DNA of 64,000 bases, taken from Phoronis australis (taxonomy: Eukaryota; Animalia; Phoronida). The notes beneath the pieces are model-generated. The model was not told where the DNA came from, ran no database searches, and worked only from the letters and a program-made list of their open reading frames with translations. Location: positions 124,038 to 188,037 of the forward strand of contig NMRA01000697.1 of assembly GCA_002633005.1 (NCBI GenBank), read 5' to 3'. The position numbers and the translations under genes were made by a program. This document shows, in pieces, positions 40,403-53,700 of the stretch. Every line of letters starts with the position of its first letter. Position 1 is the stretch's first letter.

Positions 40403-40758
40403 GCTCTCAAGGTTCTATAAAAGAAGTTCAAACACCGGCTGTGACAGCCTCTTACAGAGCACCGGCATATCTGAACTGTGAGCAAGCTAGAATACACGCA
40501 CGTGCCGAAGAGTACTTTGTGTCTGTAAACAGCGCCAAGAAAGTTCAAATGACATACTTTAAATATGTCCGAGATATGGTACATTGTTTGAATCATTGTA
40601 AAGGAAATGCTTGCTGCTGAGCTGTTACATTCTCAGAATTTACCAATATGTGTATCACTTATCTTTTTATAGAGTAGAACTCGACAGTTGAAGAATTCAG
40701 TACTAAAATTTCTAAAACGACAACCTACTTCGAGCCCAGGCGAGTAGCTGGGTGCTGA
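40403..40758 (+). pseudogene. Gene 2 terminal exon: PAN/apple-like, with in-frame stops
   Basis: ttttacag|GCTCTC phase-1 acceptor. Encodes HCLNHCKGNACC*AVTFSEFTNMCITYLFIE*NSTVEEFSTKISKTTTYFEPRRVAGC* (TGA 40618, TAG 40675, TGA 40756), which aligns with the gene 1 terminal exon. Confidence 0.72.
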
Positions 40759-41413
40759 CTTGTCGTCGAGTGAACCATAGCTTAAATGTTGTACTTACTA
40801 TTACAATTGGAATCAATACCGAGAAAATTGTTGTTGCACTGAACAGGCTTTATAATATTGAGTACTTAAATGTTACCGAAGGTGATTGACGTCTCGTCAG
40901 CAGGCTGAGATTATTCGCTAAGTCGGCATGAGTTCCGTAGAAGTGAGGGTATTGCGAAAACGCAAGATCACGCAAGACTTAACGAGATACCTCCACGCAT
41001 TACAAGTGAAGCACGTGATCACGCTAGCTTCTTCGATTCTTGCGAAAGCGGAAGTCGGTCAAGGTAAATAAGCTTCTACAAGTGAGACTTTTGCCTCATC
41101 GCCTGCGAGACCAAATTTCTAGTTCATCGTGACGTAAAGGAGAACTATGAGTTGATAAATTCGCATTCGAAACCCGTAGTTTGTCGTCTGCGCTTGCTCT
41201 TAAAATTATTCCTCCACTAGATTTGGGCACATCAAAAATCAGATGCTTATTCTTCTTTCTGTGGAATACTGTGGTAGAATTTAGTAAGCTTGATACAAAC
41301 ATTATATAGGGTTCTTGATCCCTTTCAGAGCTTGTTTCAATAGTTTTAAATCAATGGGGTGTGGTTAATCTCTATTTCTTGAGAGATCAGTTGTTTTTTC
41401 ACTGTCTGCATCA

Positions 41414-41450
41414 TTGTTGTGTTGTGTTGTATTGTATTGTATTGTATTGT
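41414..41450. repeat. (TTGTG/TTGTA)n pentanucleotide microsatellite
   Basis: Direct reading. Confidence 0.85.
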
Positions 41451-42999
41451 TTCGTACAGTATCATGTTAAGGTATTTCGTAATCAATCAATGTCAAATAA
41501 ACCTGTCAAAATGCATTAACTACTGACACACACTTAATCCACTGAAAATAAAATAAAACAAATTGATGTCAACAGAAAATGAGGTCTTCATGTCACGTTT
41601 TAAATAGAAACCAGTAACTGCGCGAATACTTATCCCTTTCTCGACTTTCCAGGCTAGTTTGGATTGATGCGTTTTGTTCCAGATTCTTGTTGTCCTCAAA
41701 CTTATTAACAAAAATATTCCACGGCAGTTTCATACTAACTCAACTCAGCTATGAGAGGAGCGTCGATGTAACCTGCGAAGTAACAAGAGACATTTTGCTC
41801 ATTCGTGGACCTCAAGGTCTATCCAGATGTTGTTTACTTATTATTTTATTCTGTATGATCACCTAGCATAGCACGTGATTAGCAATGTACAAGTTTGTGT
41901 TTCATCACGAAAAGGCACAATAACTGAATAGTCTTAGCCGAGAAATTTTGAGCATGTCATCGTCTAGAAATGAATGATAGAAGTAAAATCAGTTACTTGT
42001 ATATTCTCAGAGATTTTATGTTTTTGCCGAAATGAGATTTTATCAGAAATAGTTATCTGGAGCGTGTGTCTTTAAACAAAGATGATAATCCCTCTCTACT
42101 GTCTCTGGGTCACACTTAAGTCATGAAACATTCACCAGATGTCTAGCTCCAATGAGCTCATCTCGAGTTGCGAACATTCATTTGTCGACACATCACTCAG
42201 GTAGAATTGGAAAAACCAGTCACAGCATTAATCACCCTCTACTGTGCTGAGTGTGAAAATCGTCAGATATTGCTGTTCATTTTCCGTCATTTATCGTATA
42301 ATAAAGAATGCAGATGAGGCTTAGCGTTTCTGGTAGTTGTGACAATTAAGTATTCGACCATACGGTCTGTTCATTTTCCCGGGGGACATCGGAGACTCTC
42401 GGAGAGGCTAGTCTGTGCAAGAAACTCCCTTGTTGGTGCACATGACACTCTGGCGTTGGGTAGGTTCACTTGTCACATTCATGTTCATGCAGCTAAGAAA
42501 CTTTCCATTGAAGTCGCTTTTCATTTGTGTACTTGTTTTGGAATATTGAATTCACATTTGTGACATGCAGTGCTGTGAAGGAATGTTCATTGATGCTGAC
42601 AATTTAGTCACTTGTTAAAACATGGTAAATGGTGGTGTTAAGCGCTTCAACAAAAGCTGCATTTCTCTTCCATAAAATGCAGAAACGTATATATTAAAAT
42701 TTTGCAAAAAGGAGTGAATGATAGACTGATGGCAAACCAACGGTATTCATAGTATGCCAAAATTTTGTTTGACACAAAGGCTCAAGATTTATTCTTGTGA
42801 GCACTGTTTCAATTTTCGGAAGTATCATTTCGTTTTCGTTTCAGGCAAGTTTGGTTTTCCCTAAAAACCTTAAAAGGGCTGCTGGTATTTTGATATCCCC
42901 TCATGCGAAATTGGTTCACGTTAGAAGCAGTTACTAACTGCGCTTTTATGAACACCGTAAAAGCACCGTATCCAGTATTAACGAAATTTGAAATTTTTG

Positions 43000-45070
43000 C
43001 TCTTGTATAGGCGCAATCGCAGCCTGAACTTGCACCACCAAACTTCGCTTTCCGTCGCCGGGCGGAACAACCGGTGCGTAAATTTCAAATCGATCCTCCG
43101 TCAACCTGGGGGTAACTGGACTGCTTCGTGACGTACCTGCACTGCCAGTCTTCGACTAGCCACCACTGAGGCCATACCTTTGTTATGTTTTCAAGGCTAT
43201 CCTTTTAGAAAGCGACAACAATGGCCAGTAATCGACACATTCCTTGGGGCTTTGAAATGTGTCGTTTACCGGCCATTCATGTCGCTCTCAGAACAGTGCT
43301 GTAGGCACCCGTATGCGCAGCCAACCACCTTTTGGCATTTGAACATAGCGCCTACGCATCGTAAGTGTACGTTCAGTGCTCAAGGTAATACGGTGGGCTT
43401 TGGGAGATTACTTACCTCTAATTTTACCACTACAGCACTTTTTCAAAAAAGTTGCCTACAAAAGTCCCGAGAAATGTGTCGTTTAGGCCTACCGATCATT
43501 TGCGTCGCTTTCTGAAAGGAGCCCTGAAAATATTACATACCAAGCACGTAGGAATGCAAAAATTATTGGGGGGCACAAACCCATTCGACTTCGTCAACCT
43601 ACCTCCTTCCTATCGCCACCCCTCCCCCGTTCTCTGGATGTCACCATATTTGTACCGACCCGCATTAGGTGGGTTGGGGGGTAATACCTGAGATGCAGTC
43701 GTCAGGATTTGAGTACGCGTTAAATTTTCACGGACAGTAAGAATGGGTCTAGGGACAGCGCACTGACGGGTAGCTGGGATCCAACAGTGGGTTCGATGAA
43801 CTAGAGCTAGTCGCTGGTCAGCTTAGCTATAATTCGCTTGAGACAGGCAGCTTAGCTCGTACGTATTACTTTGCGCTGGCTTTAAGGTCAAGATTCGTTT
43901 TATTATGATCAAGTTTCGGGAAAACAACAATTTATCATGGCCATTCTTTGAAGGAATTTTTTGGACAGGTGAGGTCCCGTGGTCCCTGGCATGAGTGCCT
44001 TTGTGACTGTTTCAAAATCCTTTGATGAAACACAGCCGGTAGTCCAGTTTCTTGTGGCTGGGGCAAATGATACAGAGTGAATCTTAAAAATGTACACACT
44101 TAACGCCTGAAGTTCTAATTCAGCTCCCGTGGATCACTGAAATTCTGCGCAGGTCCACTGCATGGTTACACCTTATTTTTATCGTGGCTCCGTCAGTCAT
44201 GACGGTCTTTGTGTGTGTAGTATACACAGGATTGGAAAGCAACTGGTTCAGTTTTGAAAAAAAATTATCAATGTCTTCGAGAGTTATTTTAGATAAGCAA
44301 GAAGAGTCCAAGTGCACTTTACTGTTTTGTTATCTGATTATAGAGTTTTTTCCATATTCAGTCTTCAACTACATTCACTGAAACGTCATCATTTCTTAAA
44401 GTATTAGCTTTTAATTGCCAAAACTCATCTAATAAATTGTCGGTTTCCGTAGATACATAAACATGTAAATAAGAAACCAACGAATTTGTTTATCAAAACG
44501 GAATGTTATAAGCAATTTCCGCAGGCATGATCGCAGATTTTTGGTGGGTAACCCGGAGAACATGGGAGATGGGGCTTTCTCAAGAAGCTTTGAAAATATA
44601 ACAAACGTAACGTAGCGGGGTCGAGTGCCAGGTTTCCGTCTTGGTCGGAGTTGAGGCCGGCTCTGCGTTCAGCGAAACGCCATCGTGGTCCACAGTGGTC
44701 AAGTTGGGCTCTTTGCTGTTAACGTTGATGGTTCCCGATTCGATTCGAGTCTGTTCTCATAAGACACACAACAGCCATCTTTCCAGGAGGTCGCTTCATA
44801 TCTATTTTTCAGACAGCGGAGAGTGTACATCAAACAACACGCCATCTAGCGGTCGTGATACATAATCTATTACATTTGCGAGGCGCTGTACGGTACACCC
44901 ATGGCCCCTCCATATCCTCCGTATTAGCGGCAGTCGGGACTGTATGGCCACGTATCAGTTACCCCTAAGTTGGTGGAGGGCCGATTCTAAGGTTTGCACA
45001 CCGTTGTTCCGCCGCCCGAATGCGAGAATCGGTGGTGCTGGCTGGTTCGGCTAGTTTCCCTCTCGAAACA
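43000..45070. mobile_element. ~2 kb segment bounded by long degenerate inverted repeats (unclassified element)
   Basis: 43020-43120 (gcaccacc..ggcggaacaaccggtg..ggggtaactg) is the reverse complement of 44950-45050. Confidence 0.5.
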
Positions 45071-45139
45071 AAATCTGTCTTTTATCGAAACATTTTAAAA
45101 TGCTGATTTTCACTTTACCCAATATCGTACCATATATCG

Positions 45140-45750
45140 TCAACGCAGCCAAGGGCGACGACGGAGGCGAGCAGCTAGGCCAAGTTGCATGCCGGCAAAG
45201 CCCACAGCGCAGCCAAGGGCCGACGGCGGAGGCGGGCTGGGTCAGAAAAAGCTGACGATGGAGTTGACTGCGCGATGAAGGACACCTCGGAGTACGTTAG
45301 GCGGGCCGTGCCAAACTGCCGGTGAAGTCAACTGCTCGGCAGAGGTTCGTAGACCCCTCAGAGTACGTCAGGCGTGCCGGGCCAAGGTGCCAGCGAAGCC
45401 GACTACGCGGCCAGGGCCAACGACGACTCACCGCGGTGGGTAAGAGGCAGAATGGGGCAAGCTGCCAGAAAAGGCGGCTGCGTGGTCAAGGGCAGACGAC
45501 GACTCATGGTGGGTGAGGCTGCCGGGCCAACCTGCAGGCCAGCAAATTTCAGGGCCAACGGCCACTCACGGTGGGTGAAGCGAGCTTCGACCAGGATGGC
45601 AGGATGGCGGTCAGGCGGCCACGCGGCCAAGGAGTGACGGCGGGCGGCTGCACTCGGCCGAACTGTCGGTTGGGAGTCCGCACGGCCGGGGAGCGGCCGT
45701 GGTTGGCAGGCTTCGGCCGGGCTGCCGGTCGGGCGGCCGTGCGGCTGGGG
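45140..45750. repeat. GC-rich degenerate tandem repeat
   Basis: Recurrent gccaagggc(c)gacg..gg motif in an otherwise AT-rich context. Confidence 0.6.
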
Positions 45751-47764
45751 AGTGACGGCAAATTTTCCTTCGTTATCCGAACACACAAAATCAACCATCT
45801 TGCCAACACAGGCTCCGAACTTGAACATTTCGGGACAGCGTGTTTGGTTTCAAGATCAAAGTAATAGACCCATGCCTCGTCTTGCCGCTCAACTCTGTTG
45901 AAGAAGTTTACTGGGTCAGACTGAAAACGAGTTAAGAGTATTCGAAACCTAAATTTTGCTTAACATTGTGCCAACCCATCTTGCACTCAGTTTGCTGACG
46001 CGTGTCAAAAGCACAGTGTGAATTTCTCTTCATGTCAAAGCATTTTCCTTAAGTTTCAAATTTCAAAAAAAAATTTCAACTGCTCGTCACTTCATCAATT
46101 TTTTACCACATGGCAAAGCACGCCTCCTTATTTGGTATGTCAAGACGTAGACCTAGCACGTTTTCCTTATATGGAAAATGTGACCTTTGGTCTTTGATAT
46201 AAATAAAAAGGTGATTTCAAGCAGCAGCCAGTCGACTTCTTGAACGCATGCGCGCATATATATTTTTAGGGGCCGATAATTTGAACATTGTATTGGAATG
46301 AAAGATTTCTTATTTCATCTGTGTTTCAAAAATAGTGAATCTGACCATTTTTTCTAAGTCGTTGATTTAGAGCTGCCATTGGTAAGGCTGATATGCCATG
46401 GTACCTGCCCGCTATTAAAAGCAAAAAATTCTGGCGATAAAAGAAACTTTTGTATAAACTGCCCAACTAATTTTGAAAGGTTATATTCTTTCAAACTTTA
46501 CTAAATAAGAAATCGGATTGTTATCATGTAATGTTGGCACGATTTCTAAATTCTTTGGTCTACATATACCGACCAGTAGACTATTTGAATTGGCATAACG
46601 TTTCGGTCGGTAATTTCTCCGGCCATCTTGTGGTGCTTCATCGTTAGAAGAACGAGCACGGGTATGTGATGCGCTTATGGTGGCCATGGTTGAGCACTTG
46701 GTTATTGGAGCACGAAGTCACTCGAGGCACATACGAAGAGGCTGGCGAGAAATTGAAATTGGTGCAAATCGGGGAAAGGCGACATTGTGAAAGTGGTGGT
46801 TGCCTGTAGGTAGGGGCAACATTAGCATGAACCGGACGAAGGCCTGACATTTGTGACCACCCAGCGGTAGGAGGCATCGATCTTTCGCCAATAACCCTAG
46901 CTATGATACTGAAGCCAAACTGAAACAATCATGATCCTATTCTTAATAGGAGTCGGAAAGCGGATTTAAGTTTGATGAAATACCAGTGTTTTTACATGAA
47001 AATTTCCTTTTTTTAGAAATCTAATACAAAATCGGTATTGTCATACTACACAACAGTTTGAACTCATTGATTAACCCTTCTTATTTCGTTTCCTTCATTA
47101 TTCATGCTTGTGCATAAAAAGACACTCGCTGGTTCCCTGCGTGCCCCTAGATGGGGCGGTAGCCGCGCAAGCTCGCAGGTATCACTTAATTTTCCTCGGA
47201 AAATTTTTTTACACTGGCTTTCTGATTGGCTAGTCGAATTCGGTGCTTAAAATTTATGTTCAGGAAATGTGAAGCCTAGAAATTTTGACTGCGGCTTTTC
47301 GGAATGCATCTTTCTACTGTCGATGACTTTTGTTTACGATGGTGTCCTGTATTCATACAGTATGAATAACACACCGGTTAAATCGGTAAGATATGTGTTT
47401 ATTGTAAATGTATGTGCTTCAAGCACGCGGCTATTAAACATCACTGCAGAAACGAAATAGATGCTGCGACGCCACTTGCACGACAACGCTAAAAATCGTT
47501 CACAGTCCGCCATTTTTCATGGTGTTTTAAAGCTAACCAATGACTGCCGAGGTTACATCGACCAATGCTAAAGTGCGTGTCACTGCGTGATACCTACGTG
47601 CTGGGTGGGCTAAGCACGCAGGGAAACAACGAGCAAAGGACAACGCTTGCTGTGACATTTCCAGCTTTTTACCCTTGTTATCGGCTTTGTCATTTGCAAG
47701 CGAGTTTCTATAGATCGGTTTATTCGTTTACTGAAGTGCCGGATGACAATTGTAATATTTGTTT

Positions 47765-50700
47765 TCTTTTAAGAGATATATATTTATTGAAGAATACACA
47801 GAACATAAAAAGAAATAATGGCAAACCCAGAAATCGCGAAGCATTATATCTGGGTTGTAAAAAGTCCATAAATGAAACTAATATACATAGAGGTATATAC
47901 AATTAAGTACTAGTCCACGAGAGCACCAGCCATGAGCGGCAAGGTGGGGGTCAGCCGATTTTCACCAAATTTGGCACATAGGTAGTCCTATGGGATCTAT
48001 AAACAGCGGTAAAATATTTCCTCAAAATATTGCGTTTTTCTAATGTTATAGGCTCAAACACATTTTACGGCTTCGCAGCCATGTTTTCACGGTATAAAAA
48101 CTGTCCAGTTTTAACTGTTCATATTTTTCCTTGAATGAAAGCTATCGATTTATTATTCAGTTGGCATTGTTTATTGGTGCCTGTAGATTGTTACACAGAT
48201 GTCTTGAAACACGATTCCGATTTACCACCCTCATTTAGTAGTTTTACTACACTGCCTCCCGTTATGCCATTTTGAGGTTGTGTTCAGTACACTGCTGTAC
48301 CAAATCTGCCCCCACTGTTATGAGAATGAAACTTAGCCAAAATGTTGACAAAACATGTTACTTTCATTTCATAAAATAAAAACTTTGTCAGCCAGTTTAT
48401 TAGTTATATATTTTGGCACCTCAAATGTACTAAATTGAGAAATTTTCATATATCCCAGATCTATGCCTGAGCACCGTAAAATCGGATTGTCCTTCATGTT
48501 TTTCGATATTTTGCAACTAGTTAGTTCCTCCTGAATGTTTTGAACGTTTTACTACTGATCACTTAGGGCTATAGTACCCCTAAATATCATACAGGGCTCC
48601 ATTTTGTAAAAAGCCGATTATGTCCTCCACAGTGAACAGCGTTAGACATGAACTCGACAAATGTAGGTTATTTTGATTTACAGTTGTTTTACTTTGCAAT
48701 TTCCTCATGGGTATTTCTTCACACATATTCAAGTCAGATTTTTTGTTGATCAAATGTTCATGCAATGCATTGTAATATCAAATGAATGATGAGTTTGGTT
48801 GCATGACCGTAATTTTTCCCACGACTTAAAACAAAAGACCGCAGAAATTTTCCTGCCGAAATACCGGGTTTGCAGTTCTGTAAAAACACTCGAATGACAA
48901 GACAAACTCCACCACTGTCCATGGCAACTCGTCGCATGTTTTTCGCCCATCGGTCCTATCATTGTTTTCCTTTGTTGTGTCATTGTTGAACACAGGTCGC
49001 ATGGATATAGAACCTTGCGTACATAAGACCGTTGCCGATAAGTGCTCGTCATTATATCTTTATTATAACAACGGGAACAATGAAGATGCTAATCTATTGT
49101 TCTCTATGCGACCAGGTTTCCCGTGGATGACCACAGAAGAGGAAAGTATTTACAAACAATGACCACGCACCTTAGAAACTATTACCGCGCACACGAATGA
49201 CTTCCGTGGAACCTAAGCACCAAATTTTTAAATCCGTGTATTGTGTTGTATTATTCATGACTCTGTTGTATTAAGATTCCAATCCCCAACCCTGTAATAT
49301 GTAGTTTGAGTAAAAGTTCTAGACAATGCAGGTTTATGGATTTATTCTCCTTCAAATGAAGAGTAAAAATCAAATTCTGCACATGTTTTTTAAAAGTAAT
49401 CACTTAGTGGAAGATCACACATCTAAAAAATAAAACAATGTTTGACAATTTTATTCATTATCTTATTTGAAAATTGCTTACCTCACAGTCAACTCATCTA
49501 AGTTGAAAATATTCCTTGTGAAAAAACATAAAATAACAACCAGAGACTTGTGTACTACAAAATATGTTTTCGTAATACAATGCAAACATAACTGTACAGT
49601 CAAAAGTGCAAATGTTATGACTCTACTAAAAAATTGCCTTCTAGATCTTTTCAACACTCTAATTGCTACAGGACGGAGTCAATCACACAAAGCTCATAAA
49701 GTCAGGGAATTACATTTGAGGTGATGTAGTCTCACTGCGAACAAGTGATTTCGCAATAACGCTGACAACACTGGAAATCTCTTCTTCACAAACTTGAGGT
49801 AGCTGTATTTACCACATCAATGTTCTTATCAAAACTAACCACCACAAAATGAAAAATTGGCTTGTCGGTTCCAATTAGGCAGCATTTTACAATGAAATGG
49901 TCATGAAAAAATACTTTTGCAACATGGTTTGCATTACAATTGCCCTACGATTACAGTTGTACATACATACTAGACCAGTAACAAAATTACCCATGGGAAC
50001 CATAAAATGGTCAATTCGCCAAAAAAAAACAAGGATCCATCAGAGCTAATGTGTCAATACTTTTCAGTACTGCAACAAAAAATCATTTGAAGTGGACATA
50101 AACTTGCCTAAAGTCACATAAAACAACTTTTGATTTAGACATTTTACCATCATGAAATAGGTATTACTTCCAGGTCACTTTTGAGCAATTTCAGAACTTT
50201 GAACGATCTGGCAATATGCAATTGCTAGAGACCGATTTTATACACACAGCATGGTCTCAAGAAATAGCAAACTGTCAATTCGCTACAATTCCAGAAATCA
50301 CTTCCCATCTGTATAAGGAACAAACCTAGCAAAGTTTATAGAGGTAAATGGTCTAAATCAAAACACATTACCTCCTGGACAGAATATGGGTTTACAACCC
50401 AGGCAGAAAGATAAGTTAACAAAACCAGCCTAACTGCAACAGGGTCTCAACTTTCAGTAATATATACCCACTTACAAACAAAAATCTATAATGGTAAATA
50501 AAATGCAGAAACATAAATTCAGATCAATTACGCATCTTCAAGGAAAAGGAATAGTACAGTGGTCAGAAATCTTCTAAATGTGATGGCGACACTGAGAAAT
50601 CCTGTCAGACCAAAAAATCCAGTGGCTAAACAAAATGAACAATGTACCATTACCATGTGGCCCAGGATCATGATTCGTGCCAGGACAAAAATTCAGTCTT

Positions 50701-53700
50701 AGAGTAGGTAAATTTTAGATTTGTGCTGTTCACACAAGCAGTTCTGGTGCAAACAAAGCTTGCGACAACACACAAGCCTACTTCCCTACACAGCTGTGCT
50801 GATACAATAATGCCCCCACTGCATTTAGCAGATCAGCCAGAGTATCTACAGGTCCAGCCACTGTACTGTTTCCTCCCTTTGAATTTTTACAATGCTACAT
50901 CCTTGACAATCGCAGATTGCCTCTTTCAATGCATACTCCACTTCCTGTGTCCCAGTTTCCCCACATTTGCTGAAAGTGGCCTATCTCAACAAATTACTTT
51001 GGACCTGTTGGGGTATCAGCCAGTAATCTTTGGCAAATACTTTTTCCCCAACTCGTTCCTCAAGCTACAAATTCTCTTTGACATATCTTTTGGGAGTAGA
51101 CTTTTCGGCCTCTCTCTAGCCCCCTCACTTAGTTGTCCAGAAGGGTACCTTCTTGCTGGTTGTGAACTTTTCCATACCCAACCTTTACTAATAATCGGCA
51201 AGTCTCCAACTTCCGCAGAAGCCTTTCCTGATTCCTAAAATTGTATTAATGAAAAATTAAACATATTAAATTTAATGCGGCCAATTCGGCTCAGAAAATA
51301 TAAATACCAAGCTAAAGTGAAGGCACCAATATTTTTGACGGCTTTAGCATGTTTAATTAACTTTATACTCGCAGAAAATCATTGGTAGACAAAACATACT
51401 CCCTAGTCTCTAAAATTAGTTCATGGGCATGTTACACATTTGGTGGTTGTTATGAAAAGTTATGATGACTACCTATTTTCTATGCCAATGTACATGCATG
51501 TTGGATAAACATCAACACATTTGATAAGATATGATTAAGCAATAAGGCCCAAGTTATAAGCAATCACGGTGTGTCAATAAAAGTATTTTTGCATGAATGA
51601 CGTGCTTCTAAAAATATTCCTCAGGGTCAGAACCTGGAGTTTAGTGATTCCTACCTGAGCTCACACGAAGCAGGACGTTGAACCTTTACTTAACGTCTTT
51701 GGTAATTTTTCAGACCTCTATCAGATTTCTCCTCTAGTGTGCAGTGGATGTTCTAAGTGTCTTTGGGGACGCCAATATTTCTTGAGTGTTGTAACGATGA
51801 TTCGGTTAAGTGAATCTAATACGGTAGATTATGTAGCTCCTGCACACCTGCCTCCGAGGCAGACACTGAGACAGACTTGAGACTACTTCTCAGGAGGACA
51901 CGTTCCACCTCCACATCAGCTCCACGTACTCTTATAAGGTGCTCAAATGTCTCACTCTATACCTTGTGCATTTCCCAAGAGTTTCCAAAGCTGTTTCTCT
52001 CCGCAATTTGTAGAAATATCACATTCGATGCGACTGGCAGTGCCAGATAAATAGATAAATTTGCAAACCCGCACTAAATTATGTCAGCCATCATTCAACT
52101 AACGCATTGTAAGCTTTAGTTTGGTATTCAGACGAATTGAATGAACAAATTTAGTATAATTTCATATTTTATTGGGAAATTCTAGTTTCCTTAAAATTAA
52201 TTAAAAACATTTAAGCAGACCAATTGTTTTAATTGTTGTATTATACCACGGTATATTAATGCGTAGAAACGGCGCACAAGTAGTGACTGGTTTAACATGA
52301 CAAATACACATACGCGGTCTGAAAATAGTGAAATTCAGACACCTATTACCAAGCCTGCCTGAAGGGCTGACAAAGTTTTTATTGTATTAATTTCAAGGGC
52401 ATGGAGTCTTCTACATGTCCATGTTATTATTTTTAGTTTTCTCGCGGGGGCAGCTTAGCTATAAGGGTACAGCTTACTGCTTGTTTTTCACAAGACGGAA
52501 ATGTACCTCCACGGAAACAGCTCCAGTGTTACCATGGTAACCGATATTGCAGTGTCGGTGCCGTTTTTACTGTTATTGGTCATGAACCTATCATGTGATA
52601 TAAAAATTGTTCAGAAACGATTTTGTTTGAAGCAGAAACTGGAGTAGAAAATTTGGTAAAAAATGACTCATTCCACACCAAGAAATTACCTCATTTTGCC
52701 CCCCAGAACACTTCCCTTGTATCTCCTAAACCACCAAACTTTGTGGTGTCATACTTCACCCATTTTCTGTCATCCCTAATGTGATTTATCAGACTAAACA
52801 TGGATCTGAATGGCTGACCCCCCACCATGCCGCTTGTTGGCTGTACAGTGGTCGGTGGATCCGTGGACTGATACTTAAGTAGTATCTAATATAAGTATTC
52901 CAATACTTAGATATGCTATTACAAATGTATAAAAATAAAAATATGTACAGATACATGTAGGGAAATCAGATGCAACAATATTGATAAACGAAACATAAAA
53001 ATTTACTAACGTTGCTTAGGAGGAATTCATTGAGAACGAGGTCAATGTTAGGACTACCATTCAAGAATAATGTAACTCTAGTAGGGATATTATTACAAGA
53101 ATTGAGAGCGTTAACAATTGATTGGTTTTCAGTGAGTGCACGAAAGAGTGAGTCTCTCAGGTATTCGATGAGGGGACATTTGAAGAAAATATTAGGATAG
53201 CATTGATGGTCACCACATTTACAATTTGGAGAGACATTACTAAAGTTGTGCCTGAACTTGTCAGAAATGAAGAAAAGACCACATCTTGATTTGTACGATG
53301 CTATTTCGTTATCGCAGGGAAGGGAGAATTGAGTCAAGGGTGTTGAGTTATCAAAATTATGAAAAGCAGTTCTAAATTTATTTTTTATACTCGTAAAAGA
53401 GTTGCTTTCCTTAACAGAAACTGGAAGAGAATTCCAGTTGTTGATGCAGATCATTACTGTAGACCTTCTGAATGCCTGACTGAACGACGGAGGAATTGCA
53501 AATAGAGTGGAGGATCTCAAATCACTACGAAGGCCTTGTCTAGTGTATAGATCACATATTTTTTGACAGAAACGTTGTTGACATTGTTTATTACTTTGCA
53601 AGTAAATGTGGTCATGTGAAGATTGCGCCGAGTAGACAGTTTGGGCCACTTGAGACTATTCAAAACCTTAACACTATTGGATCCCCTGTAGGCTCTGGTT

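Noticed and set aside
40618-40620. TGA as selenocysteine next to a Cys pair
   Set aside because: It aligns to Glu, not Cys, in the paralog, and I could not recognise a SECIS by eye; SECISearch would be decisive.
694-40758. Naming the genes plasminogen, LPA or HGF
   Set aside because: No protease domain, reversed PAN position and different exon structure; the similarity is only at the domain level.
45322-45864. Overlapping Arg/Gly/Ala-rich ORFs
   Set aside because: Stop-poor GC-rich repeat that is open on both strands.
50723-51238. 171-aa plus-strand ORF as a host gene
   Set aside because: It lies inside the TTAA-flanked transposon and is probably antisense to its decayed coding region.
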